Origin: an uncultured Rivularia sp.
GTDB taxonomy: Bacteria > Cyanobacteriota > Cyanobacteriia > Cyanobacteriales > Nostocaceae
NCBI GenBank assembly: GCA_963665115.1
Contig: OY762007.1
Coordinates: forward strand, 8,256,001-8,320,000
DNA length: 64,000 nt
Direction of reading: 5' to 3'
Below the pieces are notes generated by a model. That model was not told the DNA's origin and did not search any database. It worked only from the letters and a program-made list of their open reading frames with translations. Shown in pieces: positions 43,988 to 55,225 of the stretch. How positions within the stretch are numbered: position 1 is the first letter of the stretch; each line of letters begins with the position of its first letter. Both the position numbers and the translations under genes were made by a program.

Positions 43988-45160
43988 TTAGTAGGTTGGA
44001 ACCGAGGAATCAACTTCTTTACTCCAAGCTGTGATACCACCTTTGACGTTGGTACCTTCAATTCCGGCTTGTTTGAGAATTCCTAAAGCTTTTGCGGAAC
44101 GTCCACCCATTTTACAATGAGCTATGAGACGATGACCGTTGAGCATTTCTTTGACTTTATCAACTCCTGGGCCGTTTTCAATTTCCGATAAAGGTATTAA
44201 AACGGAACCTGGAATCTGAGCAATTTCGTATTCGTGGGGATTGCGAACATCAAGCAGTACATAGTCTTTCGCACCGCTATCAATCAAATCTTTCAAATCC
44301 CCAACAGTCATCTCTGAAATATCCATTTGCTGTTGCGCCTCTTCTGCTTTTGCTTGAGGAATACCGCAGAACTGTTCGTAGTCTATCAGTTTTTCGATGA
44401 CCGGACGCACGGGATTAGGACGTAATTTCAATTCCCGGAAATTCATATCAAGGGCATTGTATAACATCAAGCGTCCGCTGAGGGTATTACCTTGTCCGAT
44501 GATAATTTTTACCGTTTCAGTTGCTTGAATTGTGCCGATAATTCCGCACAAAACCCCTAAAACCCCACCCTCAGCACAGGAAGGAACCATTCCCGGCGGT
44601 GGTGGCTCTGGGTATAAATCGCGATAGTTTGGGCCGCCTTCGTAGTTAAATACCGTGGCTTGTCCTTCAAAGCGGAAAATAGAACCGTAAACGTTGGGTT
44701 TATCAAGTAACACGCAAGCATCGTTTACTAAATACCGGGTAGGAAAATTATCGGTACCGTCTACCACGACATCATAAGGCTTGAGAATATCGAGAGCATT
44801 TTCGCTACTGATGCGAGTTTCATACAAATCAACCTGACAATCGGGGTTAATTTCATGAATGCGGTTTTTTGCAGATTCAATCTTAGGTTTACCCACCCAA
44901 GAAGTACCGTGAATTACCTGACGCTGCAAATTAGAATGATCGACAACATCGAAATCAACAATACCGATACGTCCGATACCAGCAGCAGCTAAATATAACA
45001 GTAACGGCGAACCCAGTCCACCAGTACCAATACATAAAACGGCAGCAGCCTTCAAACGCTTTTGTCCCTCCAGCCCAACTTCAGGCAAAATCAGGTGGCG
45101 GGAATAGCGTTCGTAATCGTCCTTCGTCAGTTGGATTTCATCCAAGTTGGGATTGAGCAT
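43988..45160 (-). CDS. moeB: MoeB/MoeZ adenylyltransferase-rhodanese fusion
   Basis: RYSRH, GTGGLGS, SNLQRQ, DGTDNF, PSCAEGGV, C-terminal rhodanese HCKMGGRS. Confidence 0.93.
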   Translation of the reverse strand: MLNPNLDEIQLTKDDYERYSRHLILPEVGLEGQKRLKAAAVLCIGTGGLGSPLLLYLAAAGIGRIGIVDFDVVDHSNLQRQVIHGTSWVGKPKIESAKNRIHEINPDCQVDLYETRISSENALDILKPYDVVVDGTDNFPTRYLVNDACVLLDKPNVYGSIFRFEGQATVFNYEGGPNYRDLYPEPPPPGMVPSCAEGGVLGVLCGIIGTIQATETVKIIIGQGNTLSGRLMLYNALDMNFRELKLRPNPVRPVIEKLIDYEQFCGIPQAKAEEAQQQMDISEMTVGDLKDLIDSGAKDYVLLDVRNPHEYEIAQIPGSVLIPLSEIENGPGVDKVKEMLNGHRLIAHCKMGGRSAKALGILKQAGIEGTNVKGGITAWSKEVDSSVPTY

Positions 45161-45329
45161 AACAAATTGGGACTTGGAGGAGCAGACTTATTATCCTACC
45201 GAAAAATGGCATCATTAGTAATTCATAATTAGTAATTCGTAATAGGTTAAAGGTCAAAGGTTAGGAGTTAGTTATTCTACCCCCTCTCCCCCCTCTACCC
45301 CCTCTACCCCCTCTCCCCCTCTACCCCCT

Positions 45330-45824
45330 CTACCCCCACACTCTCAACTCTTCCTGCTGAAACTGAGAATTATCATCAAGTACCCAACTGTTAATGTCAC
45401 CTGCTCTACCTTTTTGTACGGAAACGATAATATAGGAATACTCTTGCCAAGCACAGTTACGATCGAATTCTGAGGGAGTCGCTGGATAATCGGGATGGGA
45501 ATGGAAAATACCAATTATGTTTAAGTTTTTTTCCCTAGAAGCTTTTTGCAGTTGCAGCATATCTCGGGGTGCTATGGTATATCTGCGTTTTCTGCTGCGA
45601 TCGCCATCACAAGAGTGGAAATCACTTGCTGCATCTGAATTCCAAGCGTTTTGAGTGGGGATTATCTCAATTACTGTTTTGCGATCAGCCGGAGGCTTGA
45701 CGCTTCGCGTATCGCGATCTAAGTTACCTAGAATGACACCACAACATTCTTCGGGATAAGTGCTTTCGGCATGACTAAAGATAATTTGTAAATGTTGTTT
45801 ATTAAGTTGAATCATATTAGTCAC
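45330..45824 (-). CDS. M67/JAB (Mec+-like) metallopeptidase
   Basis: YPEECCG, GIFHSHPD..A.PS.FD. Confidence 0.9.
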   Translation of the reverse strand: MTNMIQLNKQHLQIIFSHAESTYPEECCGVILGNLDRDTRSVKPPADRKTVIEIIPTQNAWNSDAASDFHSCDGDRSRKRRYTIAPRDMLQLQKASREKNLNIIGIFHSHPDYPATPSEFDRNCAWQEYSYIIVSVQKGRAGDINSWVLDDNSQFQQEELRVWG

Positions 45825-47314
45825 AATCTTTACAGGTATTTATCAGTAAATAACCATTTAGCGATTATCGATCGCATTTAAACATATTTCCACCACTTTT
45901 CATCTTAATCGTAAAATTGTTTATTCTCTTCAAAGAGTAAATTTTATCAAAATTAAACGATCTAATTTTGCACAATTTTTCTTTGTAATAAAATGAGAAT
46001 ATGTGCTACATCAAAATAAAATAATAATATAATTTCATAACTTTAAATAATTATTTGTGAGTATTTTAATTTAAAATCAGTTGTTTTATAAATGTTTAAA
46101 TATATTTTTTATTGAAAATCGCTATCCTTAAATTTAGCATATAAACAAGTATTAAAGCTATGCTTTTAACTGTTTACTCAAAGATATAAAGTATTTCTAT
46201 GTAGTATGTAATTTCAAGAAAAATTGTTATTGATAGCTTCTATATAAAAAGTTATTTAACTAGCATCGTTAATTTTAAAAAAGCAATAATGCGATTAAAA
46301 TTAGTAATTACGGCAAACTATATACAAATTATTTAGCGGTGACAAAATATTCAATAGGTATAAAGACTTTGTGAAGAAGCAAAAAAAAGTTGTAAAAGAA
46401 TATAGCCAATGTTACGATTCTCTTAGAAAAACTAGTAATAAATGCTACTCTCTATTTTAGTGATAATACACCGAGTGAGAGAAGTTTGATTATTACTTCT
46501 CGATCGGAAAGCTAAAACTGTGTGATTTTAGTATCTACTATAGCGATTAGATAATTTTTGCAGGGTGTAATGTTTACTAGCCATCGGATTAGTAAGCGAC
46601 GTAAAAAATCGTTGAATTTAACTCTTCATCAGGGAAAAATTCAAGCTATAAATTTTGTAGGTTTTGAAGTTAATCGAACTTACAGGGGATTTTTTTGTTG
46701 GAATATAATCTTTCTTTTTGAACAATCGGATATTTGATATGGGCTGATATTATGAATGTCCTTTGAGAATATTCTTGTTCAAAAATAATTTAAGCTTTGT
46801 AGATAACCAATATTTATAGATTTAGGCAAACTCTTTTTTCGTAACAGATAACTATTACGCTATTAAAGCTAATTCAAGATGACGGTGAATTGACTTAATA
46901 CAGTTATCTAGGCGAAAAATTATTTTTGTTCATTTAAATAGTGAAATAATGATTGCTTTTTTTAAATTCAGCAACATTTATGCAGTCAATAATTAACTTC
47001 CAAGATGAGTATTATGAAATGCTATTCAACTAAAAAATATTTTAATCTTTCATGTTGACAGCAATTATATATACAAGTTAGAAATGGGAAGATTAAGTAA
47101 CAACATGATGAAATAGTTCAAAGCTTTTTGAAGCTATCAATTGTACTCTAAAATTTTCTATTTTTGTTAAATCGTTTTTTTTAACAAACTTGTGCAATAG
47201 ACTTCATAATATAGATTTTTGTGTGTGCCCCTTAGTGACTGTAATTAAATAATAAAAAAACAGACTTTTGTTCAGTTCTGTTTGTAACTAACAGGGTAAC
47301 TATAGAGAAAGGGA

Positions 47315-48752
47315 ATGATTCGTATGGATTACAGAACTTTAACTGTTGACAAATATAAAACAGATTTAAGATCCGCAAAAGGTACTAGATTACAAAGAGG
47401 ATTATTAATAAGATTGCTACGAGTGGCAACTTTAGTATTATTTGATATTGTTGCTATTAGTTTAGCTTGGAATATAGCATTATCCTCTGGGACAAATATA
47501 GATTCACCTTGGACGCGGAATCAATATTTTATACTATTAATTTTGCTCGTAGGAATTGGCGCGATTGCAAACAAGGGATTGTACAATTCTGGCTTTCATC
47601 GACGTAATTACTTAAGTTTGATTAATGCAGTATCTTTATCAAATATATTTCTTCTGATAATTGCTTTTCTCTACGAACCGGATAGCTATTTATCGCGTTC
47701 AAGTTTTGTCTTATTCTGGTTGTGTTCGGTAGTATTTATATCTCTCGAAAGATTTATTTTCGATATATCTACTAAAGTACTTCGTCATAAAGGAGTAATC
47801 CGTCATTCGGCTTTTTTGATTGCCGAGAAATCAGAGCAAGAGAAATATAGCGAAATTCTCAGAAAACAAGATTGCTACAGGGTGGAAGGTATTGATGATG
47901 CTAGCTGTCTGGATTTAAAAAACCGCGAAGCAACTTTTAGATATTTACGCCACCAAGGAATAGAAGAAGCTTTCGTAAGTTGGAGTTCAATCAAAAATCG
48001 ACTTTATGTTTGTTGGAACTTCCAGACTGCTGGGGTGATTTTACGAATATTGCCTAGTTTGAGTGAAGTTAGCCATCCAAAATCACGAATGACGATGGTT
48101 GGACAAGTTCCCTGCATGACGATTCCAGCACCTATTATTGCGGGTAGTGACTTCTGGTTAAAGCGATGTTTTGACCTATGTTGTGCATATGTTCTACTAT
48201 TTTTACTGTCTCCAGTTTACTTAGCGATCGCAATTTCCATTAAGCTGGATTCTCCGGGACCTGTATTCTTTAAGCAGAAGCGAGTGGGTTTACATGGTAA
48301 GTATTTTCATATTTGGAAATTCCGCACAATGGTAAGTGATGCAGAAAGTTTACAAGCATCTTTAGAAGCGAAAAATGAAATTAAGGATGGGGTTCTTTTC
48401 AAGATGAAAAATGACCCTCGTATTACTAAGATTGGGAAATTTTTGCGCGCTTATAGTCTGGATGAACTACCCCAAATATTTAATGTTTTATTTGGAGAAA
48501 TGAGTTTAGTTGGGGCCTCGCCCTCTTCCTATTAGGGATGTAGATAAATTTCAGAAAAAACATTTTATTCGTCAAGAAGTTTTACCGGGTATCACCGGAT
48601 TGTGGCAAGTTTCCGGTCGTTCTGATATAGAAAACTTTGAGGAAGGCGTAAAACTCGATATGAGCTATATCGAAAATTGGTCGCTGTGGCTAGATTTGCA
48701 AATACTGTTCTCAACTGTAAGGGTTGTAATCCAAAAAAGCGGTGCTTATTGA
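47315..48752 (+). CDS. Polyprenyl-phosphate sugar transferase (WcaJ/WbaP-like); +1 frameshift at 48512-48515
   Basis: N-terminal TMs, KR.FD, KFRTM, DPRIT, SLDELPQ; removing one G restores MSLVGPRP and joins PGITGLWQVSGRS. Confidence 0.92.
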
Positions 48753-49188
48753 GGAAGATGGGAAAATAAGAGAGAATCGTAAATAATAGTCAATCGGATT
48801 AGTTTTTTAGTTGTCTTTTAGCTAAAAAAATTAGTCTGAAAGGCACTGAACGAACAATTAGAATAACTATAAATACTCTAAAAATTATTGCCCGTTCTCC
48901 GTTCCCCGTTCCCTACTTCCTACTTGCTACCCTCTACTCCTTACTCCCCTGCTTTTAACCATACTTCCTGAGAAATAACTACATTTACCTAAATTATTCC
49001 TGACGAAAGATTTATTTACAAACCTTAAAGTGCAAAATAATTATTACAAGGTACGAGTAATTAAACAATACTTCTTACTCGATAACTGCCGATTGCTATT
49101 TAAATAAACTATTAGCCAAAAGCAGTAAGAGCAGAGTATGTTTATTTCCTAAACCTAGTTCTATACTTTTTAGGTTTTAAACAAAAAT

Positions 49189-50847
49189 ATGGCAAAGCCC
49201 ATTGAATTCAAGCTCTTTGCTCCTTATAACAAAGAAGCAGCTTTACTTGGTTCCTTTTTAGATTGGGAATCAATTGATATGGAAAAAGGCGAAGATGGCT
49301 ATTTCCGCGTCAAAGTTGATTTAGAAGACGGTGTTTATAAATATAAATTTAAAGTACGTTCAAAGTCTTGGTTTTTTGAAAAAGATCAATGGGTAGATGT
49401 AACTGACCCTTATGCAACTAATATTGATGCATTGGGTGGCTATGAGAATGGAGTTATCCGCGTTAAAGATGGGGAAAGAATTGTTGATACCTATGTTTGG
49501 CATCATGACGATAAACCCCTACCTCCAGATAATGAATTAGTGATTTACGAATTGCACGTTGCTGACTTTTCTGGTGGGGAAGATGATAAGTATGCACGTG
49601 GAAAATATGAACACGTGATTGAAAAGCTAGATTATTTGACAGAATTGGGAATTAACGCCATTGAGTTAATGCCAATTAAAGAATATCCCGGCGATTATAG
49701 CTGGGGATACAACCCCCGTCATTTCTTCGCAACTGAAACCAGCTATGGTGAAACTGCGGATTTAAAAAAGTTAATTGACGAATGTCACGGTAAAGGGATT
49801 CGTGTATTGATGGATGGTATTTTTAACCATTCAGAATCATCCGCTCCCCTAACACAAATCGACCACGATTACTGGTATCACCACGAACCCCGCGACCCGG
49901 ATAATAACTGGGGACCAGAATTTAATTACGAAAAATATGATGATAATTTAGATACTTATCCAGCGCGAAGATTTGTTGGCGATACGGTACGTTTTTGGAT
50001 TGAAGAGTATCATATTGATGGTATTCGTTACGATGCAGCAAGGCAAATTGCTAATTACGATTTCATGCATTGGATAGTAGATGAAGCTAAAAAAACTGCT
50101 GGTGCAAAACCTTTTTATAATATTGCCGAACATATTCCTGAAACTACCAGCATTACTAATGTAGATGGTCCAATGGATGCTTGCTGGCATGATAGTTTTT
50201 ATCATTGCATAAAAGAGCATGTTGCCGGTGAAAAGTTTGATTTAGAAGAATTAAAAGATGTCATAGATCCCAAGCGTCAAGGCTTCATGGGTGCGACAAA
50301 CGTTGTCAACTATCTCACCAACCACGACCATAATCGGATTATGGTGGAATTAGGCGAACGCGAAATTTTAGACGAAGAAGCGTTTCGTCGGTTAAAGTTT
50401 GCAGCAGCTATTTTAATGACAGCAGTTGGAGTACCAATGCTGTGGATGGGACAAGAATTTGGCGAATACAAACCCCAGACTCAAGAATCATCAAAAATCG
50501 AGTGGGGATTGTTAGAGAATGACCAAAATCGCGGATTGCTTGAATATTACAAAGGTTTAATTAACCTGCGTAAAAACAATCATGCTTTGTATACGGAAAA
50601 TATTGAATTTATCCACGAAAATCCTGAAGGAAAAGTATTAGCATACAGTCGTTGGAACGATCAAGGTTCCCGCATTGTAGTTATAGCTAACTTCTCTGAA
50701 AATTTCTTCGCTGGTTATCAAGTCACTAATTTCCCAGAAGCCGGTAAATGGCACGAATGGACTGCTAATTATGATGTCGAAGCTGGTGATAATGGTATTA
50801 TGACGGATTTAGGACCTTTTGAAGCCAAGGTTTTCGTTTGGGGTTAA
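49189..50847 (+). CDS. GH13 alpha-amylase family enzyme with N-terminal CBM48
   Basis: IYELHV, WGYNP, DGIFNH, DGIRYDA, IAEH, NHDH. Confidence 0.9.
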   Translation: MAKPIEFKLFAPYNKEAALLGSFLDWESIDMEKGEDGYFRVKVDLEDGVYKYKFKVRSKSWFFEKDQWVDVTDPYATNIDALGGYENGVIRVKDGERIVDTYVWHHDDKPLPPDNELVIYELHVADFSGGEDDKYARGKYEHVIEKLDYLTELGINAIELMPIKEYPGDYSWGYNPRHFFATETSYGETADLKKLIDECHGKGIRVLMDGIFNHSESSAPLTQIDHDYWYHHEPRDPDNNWGPEFNYEKYDDNLDTYPARRFVGDTVRFWIEEYHIDGIRYDAARQIANYDFMHWIVDEAKKTAGAKPFYNIAEHIPETTSITNVDGPMDACWHDSFYHCIKEHVAGEKFDLEELKDVIDPKRQGFMGATNVVNYLTNHDHNRIMVELGEREILDEEAFRRLKFAAAILMTAVGVPMLWMGQEFGEYKPQTQESSKIEWGLLENDQNRGLLEYYKGLINLRKNNHALYTENIEFIHENPEGKVLAYSRWNDQGSRIVVIANFSENFFAGYQVTNFPEAGKWHEWTANYDVEAGDNGIMTDLGPFEAKVFVWG

Positions 50848-51185
50848 TTCCATCAAATAAGTTACTTTTCTTGCTTTAGTATTAAATTTACGCTTTTCTA
50901 TAAACCCGGTTTTTCCAAAAAACCGGGTTTATTAATTTGTCGCGGATTAAGTTCTATATTTTCACAATCCGAAATACATTACTGTCAAGCTGTATCAAAA
51001 AAATATCACGCCTGAAGGTTAAAGAATCAACTTTCACGCGGCTAGCGGCTAGCAGAGCGTACCGTAGGTATTGCGTGCGGCTCATCAAAATTTGCTTTTA
51101 TAGCCTAGCTATTTATATCTGACGCATAAGATTGCATTCATCGTAAATATCGTTTGTCAATTTTTAATATTTTAATCAAAAACAT

Positions 51186-51761
51186 ATGAATAATTCAATA
51201 CAAACAATAACTGAAGCAGAAGAAAAGTCTCAAGAACAACTATGGTTTTTACAAGAAATAGTAGAAAACTTAGAAGATGGTATTTTAATCTTAACTCAAA
51301 CTGGTGAATTAGTTCATCGCAATGTCAGTGCCATCGGTATTTGCAGTCAAATTAATCAATTTAGTTTTGATAAAAAATCCGTACCATCTGTAATTTTAAA
51401 TACTTGTAAATCATTAATGAAAAATAATTTTGACTGTGACAATCTAACTATACAGTCAGAAGATATCGTTGTTAGTCAGTCACTTATTTTTCGTTTGAGA
51501 GTAAGACGATTCAATCTAGAATTATCAGAGCAACCTTATTTGTTGGTAACAATCGAGAATCGCTACCAATCCTTAAAAAATATAGCTTTTACCGAAGCTT
51601 ATAAATACCATCTAACCAAGCGTGAAGCGGAAATATGGAGTCTCTATCGAGCCGCATCTAGTTATAAACAGATTGCAGAGCGACTTTTTATTACTGTCAA
51701 TACAGTTAAAAAGCACATTAAAAATATTCGTGCTAAACAACAAAGCTTTTATCCCGCTTAA
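51186..51761 (+). CDS. LuxR-type HTH regulator with PAS-like N-terminus
   Basis: LEDGILIL...G...H.N; LTKREAEI, TVKKHIKNI. Confidence 0.85.
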   Translation: MNNSIQTITEAEEKSQEQLWFLQEIVENLEDGILILTQTGELVHRNVSAIGICSQINQFSFDKKSVPSVILNTCKSLMKNNFDCDNLTIQSEDIVVSQSLIFRLRVRRFNLELSEQPYLLVTIENRYQSLKNIAFTEAYKYHLTKREAEIWSLYRAASSYKQIAERLFITVNTVKKHIKNIRAKQQSFYPA

Positions 51762-52060
51762 TCGAGAGAATTTGTAGAGACGGGGTATAGGGCGATCGCC
51801 GCACTACGATAGTTTTAGTTAAATTATTTTTTGGAAGTCTTTAATACCGTCTTCTTTCTCAGTTCCCTATTTCCTGTTCCCTCTTCAACGACTATTTAAT
51901 CCCCATAATAAGTACGGTTACGGTCAAAATTTATTAAAGCATACTTAATTGAATATAAAACTTTCCAAAAGTTAAATAAAATAATTATTTCAATCCCCCG
52001 GTGAATCCGGGGGGAATATTTTTTTCATTCGATAAATCTAAAGTTTTGTTTAAGTTTTAT

Positions 52061-52540
52061 CTATTGAGAATTAGGCTTTTTCTGCAAGCGAATTAATGTA
52101 TTATGAATCTGCTTTTTCAAGCTGTCATCATTGCGTAGTTTTAACGTAATGTTGTTAAAGCGTTGAATGCTAAGTCCGCTATCTTTAACAATTACCTGAG
52201 AGCGCTGGCAGTAATTTTTAGCAATATCTCTTGCTTTTTTAGGCAAAGCATTTATAGTTTGCGGTTTATTGCAGACAATCTTAGGTACCCCGTTGCCTCC
52301 GGAAATTTTTTTGATTTCGTCAAATGCTTGAAGCCTACTTTGCTCTATTGTTAATAAAGCTCTAGAATATTTAACTATTTCATTATTATCAACTGATGAA
52401 GCAGTTTGAGCATCAGCTTTTGCACTCGAAACTATACCGCTAGCGAAAAAACCGACAGCAGCTATAGAACCTATCAAAAAAGACTTATAAAGCATTCGAG
52501 CGACGTTAGTTTCCTTAGAAGAATGAGTAATTCTCTTCAT
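52061..52540 (-). CDS. DUF4168-like exported protein
   Basis: Signal peptide, EI..Y..A...IE, GL...RFN.I. Confidence 0.7.
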   Translation of the reverse strand: MKRITHSSKETNVARMLYKSFLIGSIAAVGFFASGIVSSAKADAQTASSVDNNEIVKYSRALLTIEQSRLQAFDEIKKISGGNGVPKIVCNKPQTINALPKKARDIAKNYCQRSQVIVKDSGLSIQRFNNITLKLRNDDSLKKQIHNTLIRLQKKPNSQ

Positions 52541-52654
52541 ATGCTGTGTGATAATTAATTACAGTAAGAAGATGTTAATCACTTTGAATTGTTTGAAGCA
52601 ATAGATGTTCCCTTGAAAAATCTAAAATATCAAACAAATATCCAACAAATATAT

Positions 52655-53647
52655 TCATTGTCGGCTTTTTTGACACATTTGGCACAGTTCTATAACTTTA
52701 GTTTGGAGTGTTATAGTTTGTGCGGCTCCAAGTTTAAGATTAACTTCTAATTCAAGCAATATCGGTAAACAGGATATTAATTGCTGCACCGAAAGAAACT
52801 GAACTTCTTGCTGTAAATATTTGATGCGATAATGATTGCGAACTTCAGCAGCTTGAGCTATAGCTTGTGAAGAACGTTCGCCAGTTTCCATCATTATTTT
52901 AACCCATAACCAAGTGCGAAATTGACCGATGAGAGTGGCAACTATTCGCAAAGAAGGTTCGTAAGCATCGATTAAGTCCGCAACTACACTTAATGCTTTT
53001 GCCGTGTCTCCCATCCTAATAGCCCCAGCTAATTGTAGGCTATTTTGAGTTGAATTCCGAACTAATTGAGCGGCGGTATCAACATCCAATGGTTGATTGC
53101 TATCTTTGATGTAAAGCTGCAATTTTCCTAGTTCATTATAAAGTAAGCGAGTATCATTACCTACAGCCTCAACCAAAAATTCCGCACATTTAGGAGCTAA
53201 TTTGATTCCTAAAGATTTAGCCGTTTCATTTACAGATTTGAGGAGTAGATCGGTTTTCCAGGGCGAGATTAATCCAAATTCACGAAATTGAGCAAACTTT
53301 TTCAACAATTTTGTTGATTTTAGTCTTTCATCTGGTTTATTCGGACTAGTAATTAATAGATAAGAATTATCAGGGATTACGGACAAAGTACGCTGTAACT
53401 CAGATAGCACATTATTGTCAGATAGAGTCGTGATATTAGCATTCATCAGCCATACCAAACGTCCACCAGCCCCAAAAGGTGGTGTCATCGCTTGATTTAA
53501 GGCTTCAATCGCAGCATTAGGATAATCGGGGGGAAAAGTTGTGTAATTAAACGACATCCAATTCGCATCGAGAACCTCGTCACGTAAATTGGCGATCGCC
53601 TTTTCCATCGCAAAATCATCTTCGCCCCAGTAGATGTGGATTGGCAT
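52655..53647 (-). CDS. holA: DNA polymerase III delta subunit
   Basis: YWGEDDF, TPPFG.G.RLV, VGND...L..EL.KL. Confidence 0.9.
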   Translation of the reverse strand: MPIHIYWGEDDFAMEKAIANLRDEVLDANWMSFNYTTFPPDYPNAAIEALNQAMTPPFGAGGRLVWLMNANITTLSDNNVLSELQRTLSVIPDNSYLLITSPNKPDERLKSTKLLKKFAQFREFGLISPWKTDLLLKSVNETAKSLGIKLAPKCAEFLVEAVGNDTRLLYNELGKLQLYIKDSNQPLDVDTAAQLVRNSTQNSLQLAGAIRMGDTAKALSVVADLIDAYEPSLRIVATLIGQFRTWLWVKIMMETGERSSQAIAQAAEVRNHYRIKYLQQEVQFLSVQQLISCLPILLELEVNLKLGAAQTITLQTKVIELCQMCQKSRQ

Positions 53648-54003
53648 GGTGGGAGGGGGGTAGGGGGATGTGGAGACAAGGAGATACAGCAGATTTCATT
53701 TAAGTGAGGTACACATCGTTTCTAGAGGAAGTAGTGAGTAGGGAGTAGGGAGTAGGGAAATGTACCTCATATACCTGCAAAGTGCTGTAATTAGACAAAA
53801 AATCTATAAAAAAGCTTTAAAAATAAATACGCGATTGCATTATCTTATTACTTCATTATCATCTCAACTCTCTTAATCCAAATCTTATAACTCTTAACTC
53901 CTCACTGATAACTGCTAACTTTCAATTATCACTTCTAAAACTTTTGGTTAAATTGAGTGATTTTGCCTACAATTTATCCAATGAGTGCGGGAGAATATCA
54001 AGG

Positions 54004-54801
54004 TTGGACGATAATTATCAAACTTATATGAACCGAGTGGCGCGTATGACGCTACCGGAAGCTTACACTTCTGGGGTTCAGCATCTGAAGGAATCTCCTA
54101 AATTTGTATTAGATCCAGGAAAAGGAAGAGAGGCTGTATCTTTCCCTGGATATACGTTAATTACCCCGCCTGGTGGGGAAGAAGATTCTATTAATTCTGC
54201 TTTTTACTCAAAATTGCAGGATTATCAACAGGAAATATTACAGTTACCGATGGGTTCGGATTTTATTATTCCGGTACCTCACGATAGCTTTCATGTGACT
54301 TTAGCCGATTTAATTTGGGACAGTGCCTATCGCGACGCTAAGGAAACTAATCCGGATTTTGAAGCACAATTACAGTTATGCTTTAGCGATATTTTTCAAC
54401 AGTATCAAAAATCTGCGATCGCCAACAATCCTCCAAGATGGCAAATGCTGGGATTAATGCTTATGCCAAGGTCTGTAGCAGTTTGTTTGGTACCGTTAGA
54501 TAAAGATAGCTACGAGCAAATTGTTAACTTCCGTCGGGCAATTTATCAAAGTCCAAAGCTAATAGCATTGGGGATTGAGCAACAGTACAATTTCACGGCA
54601 CATATAACTCTAGGTTATTTCGGCGAGATTTCGCCCGATTTAAACCGCGACAATTTCGCCACCATGCTATCAGAGCTAAATCAAAAATGGATTGAGAATT
54701 TACCGACTCTAACCGTGCATCGCGCCGAACTCCGTAAATTCGATTACATGACTAGTTTTTACCGAGAATCAGACTCCCCAGTTTTGGTTTTTGGTAGCTA
54801 G
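54004..54801 (+). CDS. 2H phosphoesterase (DUF1868-like); probable TTG start at 54004
   Basis: Two HxT motifs (FHVTL, AHITLGY). Confidence 0.75.
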   Translation: MDDNYQTYMNRVARMTLPEAYTSGVQHLKESPKFVLDPGKGREAVSFPGYTLITPPGGEEDSINSAFYSKLQDYQQEILQLPMGSDFIIPVPHDSFHVTLADLIWDSAYRDAKETNPDFEAQLQLCFSDIFQQYQKSAIANNPPRWQMLGLMLMPRSVAVCLVPLDKDSYEQIVNFRRAIYQSPKLIALGIEQQYNFTAHITLGYFGEISPDLNRDNFATMLSELNQKWIENLPTLTVHRAELRKFDYMTSFYRESDSPVLVFGS

Positions 54802-55225
54802 ATAGGGGGTGGGGAGATGGAAGGGGATGGGGAGATGGTGAATCCACTCTCGTGGGTAGTCTCCCGCAGTACGAGCGAAGTGGCGTTAGAGAAGCGTCTC
54901 CGTTAGCGCAGCGTGTCCGAAGGACATAGGAGATACCCGAAAGGGGAGACAAGGAGACAAGGAGAAAGATTCTAACTCCCTACTCCCTACTCCCTACTTC
55001 CTACTTCCTACTCCTAACTCTCTACTCCCTACTCCCTACTTCCTACTCCCTACTTCCTACTTCCTACTCCTTACTCCCTACTCCCTACTCCCTACTCCTA
55101 ACTTCTAATTCCTAGCTCCTAACTTCCTACTCCCCACTTGATTGATTGGTTCGCCAAAAGATAATCTAGAAATGAACGCACTTAATGGATAGCACTTCGT
55201 TAGAATAAGTAACCGAGTATTTCTT

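Noticed and set aside
43988..45824. E1+JAB as a CBASS/Bil-type defence system
   Set aside because: The E1 is a canonical MoeZ-rhodanese; no E2, Ubl or CD-NTase adjacent
48510..48752. Separate 80-aa gene
   Set aside because: It is the frameshifted C-terminus of the sugar transferase
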